The notes under the pieces were generated by a model. That model was not told where the DNA came from. It made no database searches and saw only the letters and a program-made list of their open reading frames with translations. A DNA stretch of 62,184 nt, filler included, from Deltaproteobacteria bacterium (GTDB taxonomy: Bacteria > JAUYMQ01), in the NCBI GenBank assembly GCA_030698575.1. It is 8 parts of 8 records of this genome, joined end to end, with 100 filler letters (N's around TTAATTAATTAA, not from the genome) between each part and the next. Parts side by side here need not be neighbours in the genome. Positions count along the whole stretch, not along the records: positions 49,359 to 52,168 come from JAUYMQ010000491.1; positions 52,269 to 57,676 come from JAUYMQ010000502.1; positions 57,777 to 62,184 come from JAUYMQ010000505.1; 5 more parts are not named here. One strand, given 5' to 3'. Every line of letters begins with the position of its first letter. Position 1 is the first letter of the stretch. Below, piece after piece: positions 49,359 through 59,945 of the stretch. The translations under genes and the position numbers were made by a program.

Positions 49359-49808
49359 GTACATACGGATGCAGCCGGCAGAAACGAAACCGCCAATCGT
49401 TTCAGGCCTATTGGTTCCGTGAATTGCGTATGAGCCCCCGGCCAGCGTCATGGCGGCAGCGCCCATCGGATTCGATGGCGAACCGCTGAGGATCACCGCC
49501 GGAAGCTGCGGCCGGTTGCGCCTAAGCTGCGGCGGCGGAGCCCAGTGGGGACGGATGAACTTGCCCTCAATGGAGGACGCGCCGGTCCATTGCGCCCCCT
49601 GTCGCCCCACACCGACGACATAGCGCAATGCCTGTCCGTCGCCGAGCACGAGGTAGAGACGACGTTCGCCGGTTCGCACGATGATCGTTCCCGGCTCAAC
49701 ATTGTCTTGGAACGGCACAAGTTCGGAAGCGCTCGCGGCGGTAATGGCGGCCAGGCCAAGCCCGCCAACTATGACCATGACAAGAGAGCGGCAGACAGCC
49801 CGCATGAC
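49359..49808 (-). CDS. L,D-transpeptidase (ErfK/YbiS family, 3' truncated)
   Basis: NPMGAAAM, YAIHGTN, VSAGCIRM. Confidence 0.88.
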
Positions 49809-49840
49809 ATTCCCTCGCGTTCGCTCTCGACGAGGTGGCG

Positions 49841-51910
49841 CTACCAAGTGTAGCCCAGCTTTATCGCACCGCCATAAGTGTACGCATTGCTTGCAAAACT
49901 GCTGTTGAGCGATCCAGCAACATAGAACCCATCGCGCGTTCTGACTTCAGCGCCCGCGGACAGCAGAAGCGAGTCCCTGTCCGGCTTGGCTCCGGCCACC
50001 GTGAAGCTGGGGCCGGCCACCCTCTGGAACGAGGCGTTGACGTCTGTTTTGGAACTCAACTCATGCGCCCATGCGCCACGCAGGCGCAACACCAGCGTCG
50101 TATCCTCATTTACGGTATCGGACCATTCCACTTCCGCACCCAGTTCGCTGCGCAGTGAGGTCGCCGTCCGCGCCGCGTAGTCGAGGGCGAAGGTCGACGC
50201 ACCGGCGACCGTCGTTTCGCTGTAGGCAGGTGTTCGCAGCGACTGTCCCCGCAGGGCCGCGTATGGAGTGATCCAGCCGAGCCTGTATCCGGCCTCGATA
50301 TGCCCGCCAACGTTGTGCGCATCGAAATCCGCCGCGAAGCGGTCGATGCCTGCAATGGTCACCGTGCGATGGGTCGATACATCACTGTAGCCATAGGCGA
50401 GCGCCCCGGCGAGATAGGCGGCATCGAATTCCCGGCGGGCATGAATGCCTGCATGATAGGTGGTCATGGTGCCGCTGCCGAAATCGTCGCTCAGACCAAA
50501 GCGCGTGCCGCTCACGCCCACGGCAAATCCAATGGTGGTGTCAGGATCCAGATAGTAGTCGACGCCCAGCGCGCCGCCGAGCAGTTCGGATGTACGCCTA
50601 TGGGTTCCAAGCGTGGCGCTGCCCTTGGTCACGCTGCGTTCGCCAAACCCGGCCACCCATATGCCCCAGGTCTGCTGGGGCAATGCCGTGTACGAACCGG
50701 AGAAAGGTAGATTACTGGCAGGAACGTCTCCCGGTCCGTAGCCCAACACGCTAACCGTTGCGGGGGGCGCTGGCTGCGGTGGTATCGGCGGCGGCGCGAT
50801 CGTCATCATCGGACCGCTTCTATCGCTGAGCGTGAGATCAATGAAGGCGTTCATGGCTTGCATTCCCGATGGCGATACCCCGGTACCGACCTCGCCGGAG
50901 AGCTCCGCCAGCACGTCCGCCAGTTCGGTCGGGGTCAGGACCAGCGGCAGGATTGCGATGCCAGGCGGCAGGGTGCCGCCACCTGCAACGAAATCGTCAA
51001 GCGCCTCGGCGACGACCACGGGGTTGGCCGGCGGGATGGCCACCGGCGTCGTCGGCGGGGTGACCCCCGGCGGCGTCGGCGGGGTGACCACCGGGGTGAT
51101 CACCGGGATTATCGGCGGGGTTATCGGTGGGGCCGCTAGATCGCATATCTGGATCGTGTTTGTATCGAGTGTGACCGAGCCATTGCGTGCAAGGGCAGCA
51201 CCGCAGTCGATCACAGCGCCGGTCAGCAGCGAGATGCTTGTCAGCGCAACGATCTGTCCCTCCATGACCGAGGCCGTTCCCAGGGTCGCCGAACTGCCCA
51301 CCCTGTAGAATACATTGCTTCCTTCGACACCACCGACGAGTTGTACCGTCGACCCGGTCCCAAGCGTCAGCGTGGAGCCTATGTTGAAGATGAAGACCGC
51401 ATTCGGATCGCCGTTGCCGTCAAGTATGAGGGTCTGGCCAACGGAAAGTCCGGCCGAGGTGTCGAAATTGTAGACGCCGGGCTGCAGGGTGAGTCCGCCA
51501 AGTTCCTGGCCTGTCAGGTTGCCGCCCGCCGAAGTGGGTCGCCCCGCCAGCACGTTGTAGAGAGTGGTCAGGTCGTCCTGCATGCGCCCGGCCAACGCGG
51601 TGGCGAGATAGGTCTCGCCGGTCTGCGTGACACTTCCGGCTCCCGTGAAGGTACTGCCGGGAAAGACGCCGATATTGCCGAGGATGGTGGTTGGGCCCGT
51701 GTTGGTGATCGTTTGCCCGCTGAGTATCGCGAAACTCTCCAGCTCCTGCGCGACCACGTCCGAGGCATTGAAGATCCCGATGGGAACCAAGGCAAGGGCC
51801 GCCACTGTCGCAGCAAGCGAGCGGGAACGCTTTGTCCAGAATCGGGGCATCGTGCGCCAATGCCGATCGGCGAGAATGATTTCGTTGGGCGTGTAAGCAT
51901 AGGAGTCCAT
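49841..51910 (-). CDS. ice-binding (DUF3494) domain autotransporter
   Basis: FAILSGQTITNTGPT, TLQPGVYNF, FIFNIGSTLT, VGSSATLG, ALARNGSVTLDTN; Pro/Thr linker; beta-barrel ending LGYTW. Confidence 0.85.
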   Translation of the reverse strand: MDSYAYTPNEIILADRHWRTMPRFWTKRSRSLAATVAALALVPIGIFNASDVVAQELESFAILSGQTITNTGPTTILGNIGVFPGSTFTGAGSVTQTGETYLATALAGRMQDDLTTLYNVLAGRPTSAGGNLTGQELGGLTLQPGVYNFDTSAGLSVGQTLILDGNGDPNAVFIFNIGSTLTLGTGSTVQLVGGVEGSNVFYRVGSSATLGTASVMEGQIVALTSISLLTGAVIDCGAALARNGSVTLDTNTIQICDLAAPPITPPIIPVITPVVTPPTPPGVTPPTTPVAIPPANPVVVAEALDDFVAGGGTLPPGIAILPLVLTPTELADVLAELSGEVGTGVSPSGMQAMNAFIDLTLSDRSGPMMTIAPPPIPPQPAPPATVSVLGYGPGDVPASNLPFSGSYTALPQQTWGIWVAGFGERSVTKGSATLGTHRRTSELLGGALGVDYYLDPDTTIGFAVGVSGTRFGLSDDFGSGTMTTYHAGIHARREFDAAYLAGALAYGYSDVSTHRTVTIAGIDRFAADFDAHNVGGHIEAGYRLGWITPYAALRGQSLRTPAYSETTVAGASTFALDYAARTATSLRSELGAEVEWSDTVNEDTTLVLRLRGAWAHELSSKTDVNASFQRVAGPSFTVAGAKPDRDSLLLSAGAEVRTRDGFYVAGSLNSSFASNAYTYGGAIKLGYTW

Positions 51911-52320
51911 TAATCAAGCTCACTTTTGTCGCTGTTCTGGCGGCTTGCCCTAGCCGCTAGGGAACCGCAAAAAACGGTACAGAAAACGGCATAATAAACT
52001 GCATTACTTGGCGATTGGACGACACGACTTATCATGTTGACTTAACACAGAAATAACAAATATAAATATGTATGTCAACGCCGGGAAAAAGTACGTTAAT
52101 CAGTCCAAATAATACCAATGAACCGGAGTAATAATGCATCACTTGCACCCGAGAGGAGCTCCTCTCGGNNNNNNNNNNNNNNNNNNNNNNNNNNNNNNNN
52201 NNNNNNNNNNNNTTAATTAATTAANNNNNNNNNNNNNNNNNNNNNNNNNNNNNNNNNNNNNNNNNNNNGGCTCGTGCGAACTTTGTCAGCCAGAGACTTC
52301 CCGACCGGGAGGGTTTGCAA

Positions 52321-52767
52321 ATGCCGAAGGGCGGCGCAAGAAACAACAAGCCGACGCATTTGCACATTCTCGAAGGGACGGCGCGCAAGGATCGCCACTC
52401 CAAGAGCGAGCCCAAGCCCAAGCCCGTTGCCGGAGAGACACCGAAAAGTCTGGACCGTTACGGCAAAGAGGCGTGGAAGCGGCTCGCGCCGATTCTGGAA
52501 CGGATCGGCACACTAACCGAAGCCGACAGCGAACTGTTCGCGACCTTCTGCGATGCTTACAGCCAGTGGCGCCGAGCCACGAAGACGCTTCGCAAGCTGC
52601 AACCTCTGGACGATGACTACCGCAAGGTCTCGATCACCGTGGAGAACGCCCGTAAGGACATGCGCCTGATCGGCGGGGAGTTCGGTATCGGGGCCGCGTC
52701 TCGTGGCCGGATCACTGTCAAGGGCGAGACAACGAAAGACGACATGGACGCACTACTCGGTGGGTGA
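52321..52767 (+). CDS. terS: phage terminase small subunit (P27 family)
   Basis: KPTHLHILEG, WKRLAPIL, FCDAYSQW, EFGIGAASRGRI. Confidence 0.85.
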   Translation: MPKGGARNNKPTHLHILEGTARKDRHSKSEPKPKPVAGETPKSLDRYGKEAWKRLAPILERIGTLTEADSELFATFCDAYSQWRRATKTLRKLQPLDDDYRKVSITVENARKDMRLIGGEFGIGAASRGRITVKGETTKDDMDALLGG

Positions 52768-52772
52768 AGTGA

Positions 52773-54323
52773 ATGCCCTACAGCGAGGCCCATGCTGATA
52801 GGGCCGTAGCCTTCTTCCGAAACCTCAAGCACACGAAGGGGCGCTGGGCGGGCGTCCCTTTCGATTTGCTGCCATGGCAAGAGCAGATCGTCCGCCCGCT
52901 GTTCGGCACGCTGCGAGACGACGGCACGCGCCAGTATCGCCGGGTGTACGTCGAGGTCCCGAAGAAGCAGGGTAAGTCGGAGCTCGCGGCCGGCATCGCG
53001 CTTTACGCCCTGTTCGCGGACAGCGAACCGGGTGCTGAGTGCTACAGCGCAGCAGCTGATCGGGACCAGGCGAGCATCGTCTTCAACGTGGCGGCGCAGA
53101 TGGTTCGGCAATCCCCCGCGCTGGGCAAGCGCTGCAAGATCATCGACAGCCAGAAGCGCATTGTGGTGCCGGGCACGGCGAGCGTCTACCGGGTTCTCTC
53201 GGCGGAAGCGCACACGAAGCACGGCTTCAACGTCCATGCGGTGGTGTTCGACGAGCTGCACGCGCAGCCCGATCGCAACCTCTACGATGTGCTGACCGAA
53301 GGCAGCGGTGACGCCCGAACCCAACCCATCTTCTTCTTCATCACGACGGCAGGCTACGACCGGAATTCGATCTGCTGGGAGGTCCACGACTACGCCCGCA
53401 AGGTGCGAGACGGCGTGATCGAGGACCCCGAGTTCCTGCCGGCGATCTATGCCGCCGACGAAAAGGACGACTGGCACGATGAGGCGACGTGGCGCAAGGC
53501 GAATCCGAGTCTCGGGATCACGGTCAGTATGGACGCGTTCACGGCAGCTTACAAGCGGGCCGCAGAGGTCCCGGCGTTGGAGAACACGTTCAAACGCCTG
53601 CGCCTGAACCTCTGGACCGAGCAGGAGACACGTTGGCTGACCATGGAGTCGTGGGACGCCTGCGACGGCCCGGTGGACGCGGCGGGACTGACCGGCAGGC
53701 GATGCTACGGCGGGCTCGACCTTGCGACGACGACGGACATTGCTGCGTTCGTGCTGGTGTTCCCTCCCGAAGAGGACGGCGAGTTGTACAAGCTGGCCCC
53801 TTACTTCTGGATCCCCGAAGAGGCCATGAAGAAGCGCTCCGAGCGGGACCGCGTCCCCTATGACGTATGGGTGCGGGAGAAGCTGATCGAGGCCACCCCT
53901 GGCAACGTGATCGACTACGGCGCCATCATGCAGACCATCGACATGGCGGCGCAGCAGTTCGACATCGCCGAGGTCGCGTTTGACCGCTGGGGCGCCACGC
54001 AGATCAGCCTGGACCTGGCTGAGCAGGGCATGACGGTCGTCCCGATGGGGCAGGGGTTCGCCAGCATGAGCGCCCCGACCAAGGAACTCGAAAAGCTGGT
54101 CCTCGGAAAGCAACTGGCGCACGGCGGCAACCCGGTGCTACGCTGGATGGCGTCAAACGTCATGGTCGAGCAGGATGCAGCGGGCAATCTGAAGCCGAGC
54201 AAGAGCAAGAGCCGGGAGAAGATCGACGGCATTGTGGCGAGCGTGATGGCGCTTGACCGAGCCGTTCGGCACGAGAAGCCGAAGCCGTCGATCTACGAGA
54301 CGCAGGGTTTCTCGGCCATCTAA
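52773..54323 (+). CDS. terL: phage terminase large subunit
   Basis: LLPWQ, VPKKQGKSE, VFDELH, GGLDLA, KIDGIVA. Confidence 0.95.
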   Translation: MPYSEAHADRAVAFFRNLKHTKGRWAGVPFDLLPWQEQIVRPLFGTLRDDGTRQYRRVYVEVPKKQGKSELAAGIALYALFADSEPGAECYSAAADRDQASIVFNVAAQMVRQSPALGKRCKIIDSQKRIVVPGTASVYRVLSAEAHTKHGFNVHAVVFDELHAQPDRNLYDVLTEGSGDARTQPIFFFITTAGYDRNSICWEVHDYARKVRDGVIEDPEFLPAIYAADEKDDWHDEATWRKANPSLGITVSMDAFTAAYKRAAEVPALENTFKRLRLNLWTEQETRWLTMESWDACDGPVDAAGLTGRRCYGGLDLATTTDIAAFVLVFPPEEDGELYKLAPYFWIPEEAMKKRSERDRVPYDVWVREKLIEATPGNVIDYGAIMQTIDMAAQQFDIAEVAFDRWGATQISLDLAEQGMTVVPMGQGFASMSAPTKELEKLVLGKQLAHGGNPVLRWMASNVMVEQDAAGNLKPSKSKSREKIDGIVASVMALDRAVRHEKPKPSIYETQGFSAI

Positions 54324-54334
54324 GGAGGCACCCC

Positions 54335-54601
54335 ATGCTGCGCCGCATCGGCAGATCAGCCAAGGGTCTCCTCCTGTTCCTCCTGCTCGCGCCCGGAGTG
54401 ATCTCGCGCCACATCATCCGTGCCGTCTCCATCGCCGATCTGCTCATTCTCGCGGGTCTGGCCGGCGTCTTCTACGGCCTGCACCATGAATGGCCGTGGT
54501 TGGCGTACGCGGGGACGGGCGCGATCTTCCTGCTGCTGGGGGTCGTTGCGGCGAACCGCGAGGCGGCTCGGGAAGTGGCGCGGCGAAAGGAGGGGCGGTA
54601 G
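54335..54601 (+). CDS. small phage membrane protein between terL and portal
   Basis: AAGGAGG RBS; hydrophobic helices. Confidence 0.7.
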   Translation: MLRRIGRSAKGLLLFLLLAPGVISRHIIRAVSIADLLILAGLAGVFYGLHHEWPWLAYAGTGAIFLLLGVVAANREAAREVARRKEGR

Positions 54602-54604
54602 CGG

Positions 54605-55960
54605 ATGGGGATTTTCGCCAGCTTGCTGGAGACGCGGGACGACATCGGCTTCCAGCCCTGGCCGCGCGCCTGGCTTACCGGCCTTCTTGGCGGCGAGGAG
54701 ACCGAGGCGGGCAACAAGATCGATGAGGAATCTTCTCTCTCGTCGACGGCGGTGTGGGCGGCGGTGACGTTCTACGGCCAAGCCGTCGGCGGCCTCCCCC
54801 TCAAGTTGCAGCAGGCAATGGGCGAGCGGCGCAAGCGGGCCGCGCGGGAGAAGCCTCTGTACAACGTTCTGCAGCGCATGGGTAACAGCGAAATGACGGC
54901 CATGTCACTGCGGGAGACGTTGCAAGCCCACGCGCTCCTTTGGGGCACGGGATACGCCGAGAAGGAGTTCAACGGCGCGGGCGATGTGGTGGGTCTGTGG
55001 CCGCTGAATCCCGCTCTGACACGAGCCGAGCGGAACAAGGAAACGGGCGAGCTGCAGTATCGAACCCGCATCCCCAGCAAGGGCATCGAGGCGGTTCTGC
55101 CCGCCAGGAATGTCTTTCGCCTGTCTGGGTTCTCGCTCAATGGCTTGGTGGGCCTGAGCCCGATACAGACGAACCGCGACGCCATTGGTCTCGGCAAAGC
55201 GATGGAGACCTACGGGAGTCGGTTCTTCTCCAATGGGGCGCGGCCGGCAGCGGTGTTGAAGCATCCGGGCGCGGTGAGTGATCCCGCCAAGAAAAACATG
55301 CGCGAGTCGTGGCAGGAGATATACGGCGGCCTGAAGCGTTCTCACCGCATCGCGATCCTCGAAGAAGGCGTGGACTACCAGTCCATCGCCGATAACAACG
55401 AGGCCAGCCAGTTCCTGGAGGGCAGGACGTTCCAGGTGGTGGAAGCGGCGAGAATCTTCAACGTCTCGCCGTACATACTGCAAGATTATTCCAGGGCAAC
55501 TTTTTCCAATGTGGAACATGCTGCCATTCACACCGTTGTTCATAGTTTGCGTCCTTGGTTCGTGCGGTGGGAACAAGCCATCGAAATGCAGCTCCTGTCC
55601 GAGAGAGAGAGAGCAGAAGGCTACTTCGTCCGGCACATCGCCGAAGGACTTCTCCGGGGCGATACGCTCTCTCGCTACCGTGCCTACGCCATCGGCCGCA
55701 ACTGGGGTTGGCTGAGCGCGAACGATGTGCGCGATCTTGAAGATCAAGATGACATCGGCCCGAGCGGCGATCTCTACCTGATCCCAGGCAACATGACGTT
55801 GGCAGAGGAAGCCGGTTCGCTGGGTATGGACGAACCGGGCGGCGATGATCCGGCGACTGAACCGACAGACGAAGGCAGCCCGAACAATCGCGCTCACACG
55901 AACGGGCACGCGAACAGAGTGGCTATCGCGGGCGGTTTCCGCTGGCCTGCTGGGGAGTGA
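54605..55960 (+). CDS. phage portal protein, HK97 family
   Basis: GLVGLSPI, FFSNGARP, ILEEGVDY, ATFSNVE, LLRGD, NDVRDLED. Confidence 0.93.
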   Translation: MGIFASLLETRDDIGFQPWPRAWLTGLLGGEETEAGNKIDEESSLSSTAVWAAVTFYGQAVGGLPLKLQQAMGERRKRAAREKPLYNVLQRMGNSEMTAMSLRETLQAHALLWGTGYAEKEFNGAGDVVGLWPLNPALTRAERNKETGELQYRTRIPSKGIEAVLPARNVFRLSGFSLNGLVGLSPIQTNRDAIGLGKAMETYGSRFFSNGARPAAVLKHPGAVSDPAKKNMRESWQEIYGGLKRSHRIAILEEGVDYQSIADNNEASQFLEGRTFQVVEAARIFNVSPYILQDYSRATFSNVEHAAIHTVVHSLRPWFVRWEQAIEMQLLSERERAEGYFVRHIAEGLLRGDTLSRYRAYAIGRNWGWLSANDVRDLEDQDDIGPSGDLYLIPGNMTLAEEAGSLGMDEPGGDDPATEPTDEGSPNNRAHTNGHANRVAIAGGFRWPAGE

Positions 55961-55964
55961 CGAC

Positions 55965-57374
55965 ATGAACCGATGGTGGGAAGTGCGCCAGGCCGAAGGC
56001 GACAGTTCGGTGGGCGAGCTGTACCTGTACGACCCTATCGCCAGCGACGGCTCGCTCTGGGCATTGTTTTTCGACGACATCACGCCCAAGCAGATCAAGC
56101 GGGAGCTGGACGCGCTGGGGGACATCAGGCGTCTCAACGTGTTCATCAATTCGCCTGGCGGCGAGGTGTTCGCCTCCAACGCCATCCACAACCTGATTCG
56201 CCGCCACAAGGCCGAGACGTGGGTCTACATCGACGGTCTGGCCGCGTCGGGCGCCTCTATCGTCGCGGTTGCCGGAGATCACGTCATCGCCTACCCCAAC
56301 AGTATGGGTATGCTCCACAACGCGTGGACGTGGGCCATGGGTGAGGCGAAGGACTTCCGCAAAGAGGCCGACACGCTGGATGAGATCCAGAAGTCGATCA
56401 TCGGGGCCTACAGCGTGAAGATGGGGCTCCCCAAAGACGAGATTGCGCGTCTCATGAACGAAGAGACCTGGATGGACAGCGAACGCATGCTAGAACTGGG
56501 GTTCGTTGACGAGATCGACACGTCCAAGGAGATCGACGTTCGCTGCGAGGACCACGCCCTGGTGGTCAACGGTCGCAGCTTCGATGTGCGCGCCTACCCC
56601 TACTTGAAGAACGCACCGGCCTGGGAGCGGCGCAACACTTCGCTCGATCTCCCCGAGCGCCGCTCGCCCGAGTCCGATTCATCCTATCCCCTCACCTTCG
56701 ACCTCCGAGACGCCCTGCGCGCCGCTCTGGACCGTGCCGAGGAGAGAGAAGAGGAGAAGGTCGAGCGCCGGCAGGTGGCGGGTGTGGAAGTGCGGGTTGT
56801 ACCCGGCGAAAACGGGGCCCCCGCCCGCATCGAAGGTCACGCCGCTGTCTTCGACAAGTGGAGCGTCGTCATGTTCGATCCCGTTCGCCGGGTACGGTTC
56901 AAGGAGAAGATCCACCCCGGCGCGTTCAAGGACGCCATCGAGAGCGACGACGTCCGCTGCCTTTGGAACCACGACCGCAACCTCGTGCTCGGCCGCACCA
57001 AGAACCCCAAGGGCAGCACCCTGGAGTTGCGAGAGGACGGCACGGGCCTGTTCTTCTCGGCGTCTCCCCCCGACTGGTCGGGATGGATTCAGGAGACTAT
57101 CGACCGGGGCGATGTGGACGGTGGCAGCTTCGGGTTTGCCGTCACCGACCCAGACGGCGAGAAGTGGAACTTCAAGGCCGAGATTGCGGAGAGGGAAATC
57201 TTCTCGGCCCGTCTTTACGATGTATCTCCCGCTACATACCCCGCCTACCAAACGACGGAGGTTTCTGCCCGGTCTGATCCGGGCCATGATGACACAATTC
57301 CCGCAGAGGAGGATGATGCTGTGAACGACCTCTCGCTGCTGGAGAGAGAGTTGGAGCTGGCACTGTTGGAGTAG
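55965..57374 (+). CDS. fused ClpP-like (S14) + HK97-family prohead protease
   Basis: N-half INSPGG, GLAASGAS, MLHNAW, ETWM..GFVDEI; C-half IEGHAAVFD, LWNHD..VLGRT, GSFGF, DVSPATYPAY; one uninterrupted frame. Confidence 0.88.
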   Translation: MNRWWEVRQAEGDSSVGELYLYDPIASDGSLWALFFDDITPKQIKRELDALGDIRRLNVFINSPGGEVFASNAIHNLIRRHKAETWVYIDGLAASGASIVAVAGDHVIAYPNSMGMLHNAWTWAMGEAKDFRKEADTLDEIQKSIIGAYSVKMGLPKDEIARLMNEETWMDSERMLELGFVDEIDTSKEIDVRCEDHALVVNGRSFDVRAYPYLKNAPAWERRNTSLDLPERRSPESDSSYPLTFDLRDALRAALDRAEEREEEKVERRQVAGVEVRVVPGENGAPARIEGHAAVFDKWSVVMFDPVRRVRFKEKIHPGAFKDAIESDDVRCLWNHDRNLVLGRTKNPKGSTLELREDGTGLFFSASPPDWSGWIQETIDRGDVDGGSFGFAVTDPDGEKWNFKAEIAEREIFSARLYDVSPATYPAYQTTEVSARSDPGHDDTIPAEEDDAVNDLSLLERELELALLE

Positions 57375-57454
57375 GGGCCGGCGACCACCCGCATTATCGA
57401 CCAGAAGCCGCCTCTTGGCGGTTTCTTCGCGTGTAGAGAAGCCGAAAGGGGCAG

Positions 57455-57676
57455 ATGAACATGCCTGTTGCGACGATGGATGCAACCGAACTGCGGCAGA
57501 AGCGGGCCGAGAAGCTCACCGCTGCCGGGAAGATTCTCGAGAAGGCCCGCGCCGAGGGCCGCGCGCTCACCGCCGAGGAGACGCAGAGTTACGACGTTCT
57601 CCGCGACGAGGCAAAGGCTCTGAAGGCCACGATTGACCGGCTGGAGGAGCAGGAGAAGCTCGACGAGGAGATGCGG
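57455..57676 (+). CDS. major capsid protein N-terminal delta/scaffold region (truncated)
   Basis: coiled coil ELRQKRAE...RALTAEE..YD; position after the prohead protease. Confidence 0.75.
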
Positions 57677-57776
57677 NNNNNNNNNNNNNNNNNNNNNNNN
57701 NNNNNNNNNNNNNNNNNNNNTTAATTAATTAANNNNNNNNNNNNNNNNNNNNNNNNNNNNNNNNNNNNNNNNNNNN

Positions 57777-58086
57777 CGCGGCGGAATGCGACGCGCTGGT
57801 CGGCGACGTGGTGAACGTGGCCTACGGGCAGGAAGTGTCGATCCTGCAGATCGCCGAGATCCTGGCGGAACTGATGGGGCACAAGGACAGAGGCGTGAAG
57901 CGCGCCGAACCCCGCCCCGGCGACGTGCGCCGCCATTTCGCCGACATCGCCAGGGCGCGCGCGCTTTTCGGCTTCGCCCCGCAGATCGGCATCCGGACCG
58001 GGATCGGCCGCACCCTCGAGTGGTTCGAATCGAGCGGCATCGCATCCCGGGCGGATCCACGCGCGTCGGGTCTGCCCAACTGGTAG
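57777..58086 (+). CDS. NAD-dependent epimerase/dehydratase, C-terminal part
   Basis: VNVAYGQEVSI, RPGDVRRHFADI, LFGFAP, GIGRTLEWF. Confidence 0.8.
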
Positions 58087-58094
58087 GGGCAACG

Positions 58095-59893
58095 ATGGCA
58101 GAGATCATTCGCGCCTGGACAGCCGAAGAGCCGCTCGCCGACCTGTCGCTTCATCACGACTGGGACTACATGGCGGGCATGATCAGCTCGCTGCGCATCT
58201 ATCTGTTCGAGCATGGAACCGTTCCCACCTGGAACTACCTGTTCTGCGGCGGGCGCCCGGAGCTGGCCATCCCCTCGAGCTGGGCGTACACCTGGCCCAG
58301 CCTGTTCGTCTATCTGCTCCCTCCCAACCAGGCCATCATCGCAGTCTGGATCACGCTCACCGCCGTGGGTTTCGCAGCCTCCTTCGTGTTGCTGCGGAAC
58401 TGGACCGGAAGCCGCCTTGGGGCCTTCACCGGCGCGTGGATCTACACGCTCAACGGCTACTTCTCCATGCGGTTCAACGTCGGGCAGGTCACCTTCGCCT
58501 TCTTCCACCTGCTCCCGCTCATTATGCTGCTGTTCGAGCGGGCCCTCGACACGCGCCTCGCCGGAGGTCGGGGGCTGGGCGCTCTGGCCGGCCTCACGCT
58601 CGTTTCCTTTCTCTTCTTCACCGCGGGACTGCCGCACGGCGTTTTCTTTTTCTACCCGGCGTTCGCCCTGCTGGCGCTGTTCCGGCTCGTGAGCGCGGCG
58701 CGCGGCTTCGGCGCCGCCCGTTGCATGGGGGCGGCGGGCGCGGTCGTCGTGGCGCACGGGCTCGGGCTCTGGCTTTCGGCCTACCGCATCCTGCCGCCGT
58801 TGTACTGGCAGCTCGCCCATCCGCGCGAGGGCGTGCTTCCCGAGAGCTTCACACTCTCGCGCGGGTGCTTTTCAACACCGTGAGGCTGATCCCGGACAAC
58901 TTCGGCCCCTACACGACCGAGCCCTGGGAGGTCTACGCCGCGGCCGGTTACAACGCTTTCGTAGGGCCCGTGCCGTGGCTCCTGGCGCTGGGCGCCCTGG
59001 TCCTGCTGAGGAGTCACGGGGCGGGACCGAAAGGCGCGCCGCGGCCCGGCGCGACCGTGGGCTACGCTTCGCTCCTCGTCCTGGCCGGTGTCACGCTAGC
59101 CCTTGGCAACAATCACCCCTGGGGGCCCGGATCGCTCTTTCCGCACGTCCCCGTCGTCAACGGGGTGCGCGCCTTCGACCGCTACCACGTGCTGACGCTC
59201 TTCGGCCTGGCGATCCTGAGCGCCTGCGCTGTGGCCTGGACGCGGCAGGGGACCGCGCGCCTTCGGAAGCCCTTTGGCGCCCTGCTCGCGATGCTCGCCT
59301 GCGGGCCGATCCTGGTACAGGCCGCGCTGATGGTCTGGAACATCGAGGCGCTCCCCCGATCGCAGGGGCTCGCCATCTACCCGCCGCTGCCGCGCCCGGA
59401 TCCTCCGGAACTGGTGTGGGTGAAAAGCGGTCTGATCATATTCACGAAACCCGAGGACCGGGCCCTGCTCCTCCGGCAAGGCTACTGGATCGCGAACTGC
59501 CTCGAAGACATCGTGATTCAGAACGCGCTCGAGAACGGCCCGGCCGGCATGCGGCGGTCGATCACCACGCCGCCGCCCGAGCGCCTGGTTGCCATGACCG
59601 GCGACAGTCTCGTTCTCGCCTACCCGCCTGCGGGTCCGGCGGCGACGGTGCGCCTCAATCTCCCCCACCTCCCCGCCTTCCGGTACAACGCACCCATCCG
59701 CGCTGGCGCGGCGCAGGGGGACGTCGAGTTCAACCGCGCCGATCTCCCCGGGGGAATGCTTGCCATCGAAGCGCACTACCCCGGCCCCCGCGAGGGGGCC
59801 TGGGCGACCGCTGCGGGAATTGCGGCGACGCTGATCTTCTTTCTGCGGATGCGAGGAAGCGGCAATCGTCGGAGGGCGCAAGCGAAAGAGTAG
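58095..59893 (+). pseudogene. YfhO/GT-C-like polytopic membrane protein, frameshifted near 58855
   Basis: PTWNYLFCGGRP motif and many TM helices; frame 1 ends ...ESFTL-SRGCFSTP* while frame 2 continues ARVLFNTVR; removing 2 nt from ACTCTC restores one ORF. Confidence 0.65.
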
Positions 59894-59945
59894 ATATCCG
59901 CATTCCCGGTCCCATGACGGGGAGGGCGGCTGGCGCAGGGGCGAG

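Noticed and set aside
51043..51133. Tandem GC-rich repeats (GTCGGCGGGGTGACC)
   Set aside because: Explained by the Pro/Thr linker codons of the autotransporter
52269..52320. Possible cos site upstream of terS
   Set aside because: The position is plausible, but the contig begins here and no cohesive-end sequence can be verified
55600..55614. GAGAGAGAGAGA tract in the portal gene as a phase-variation site
   Set aside because: It is in frame (ERER) with an intact ORF and no sign of slippage
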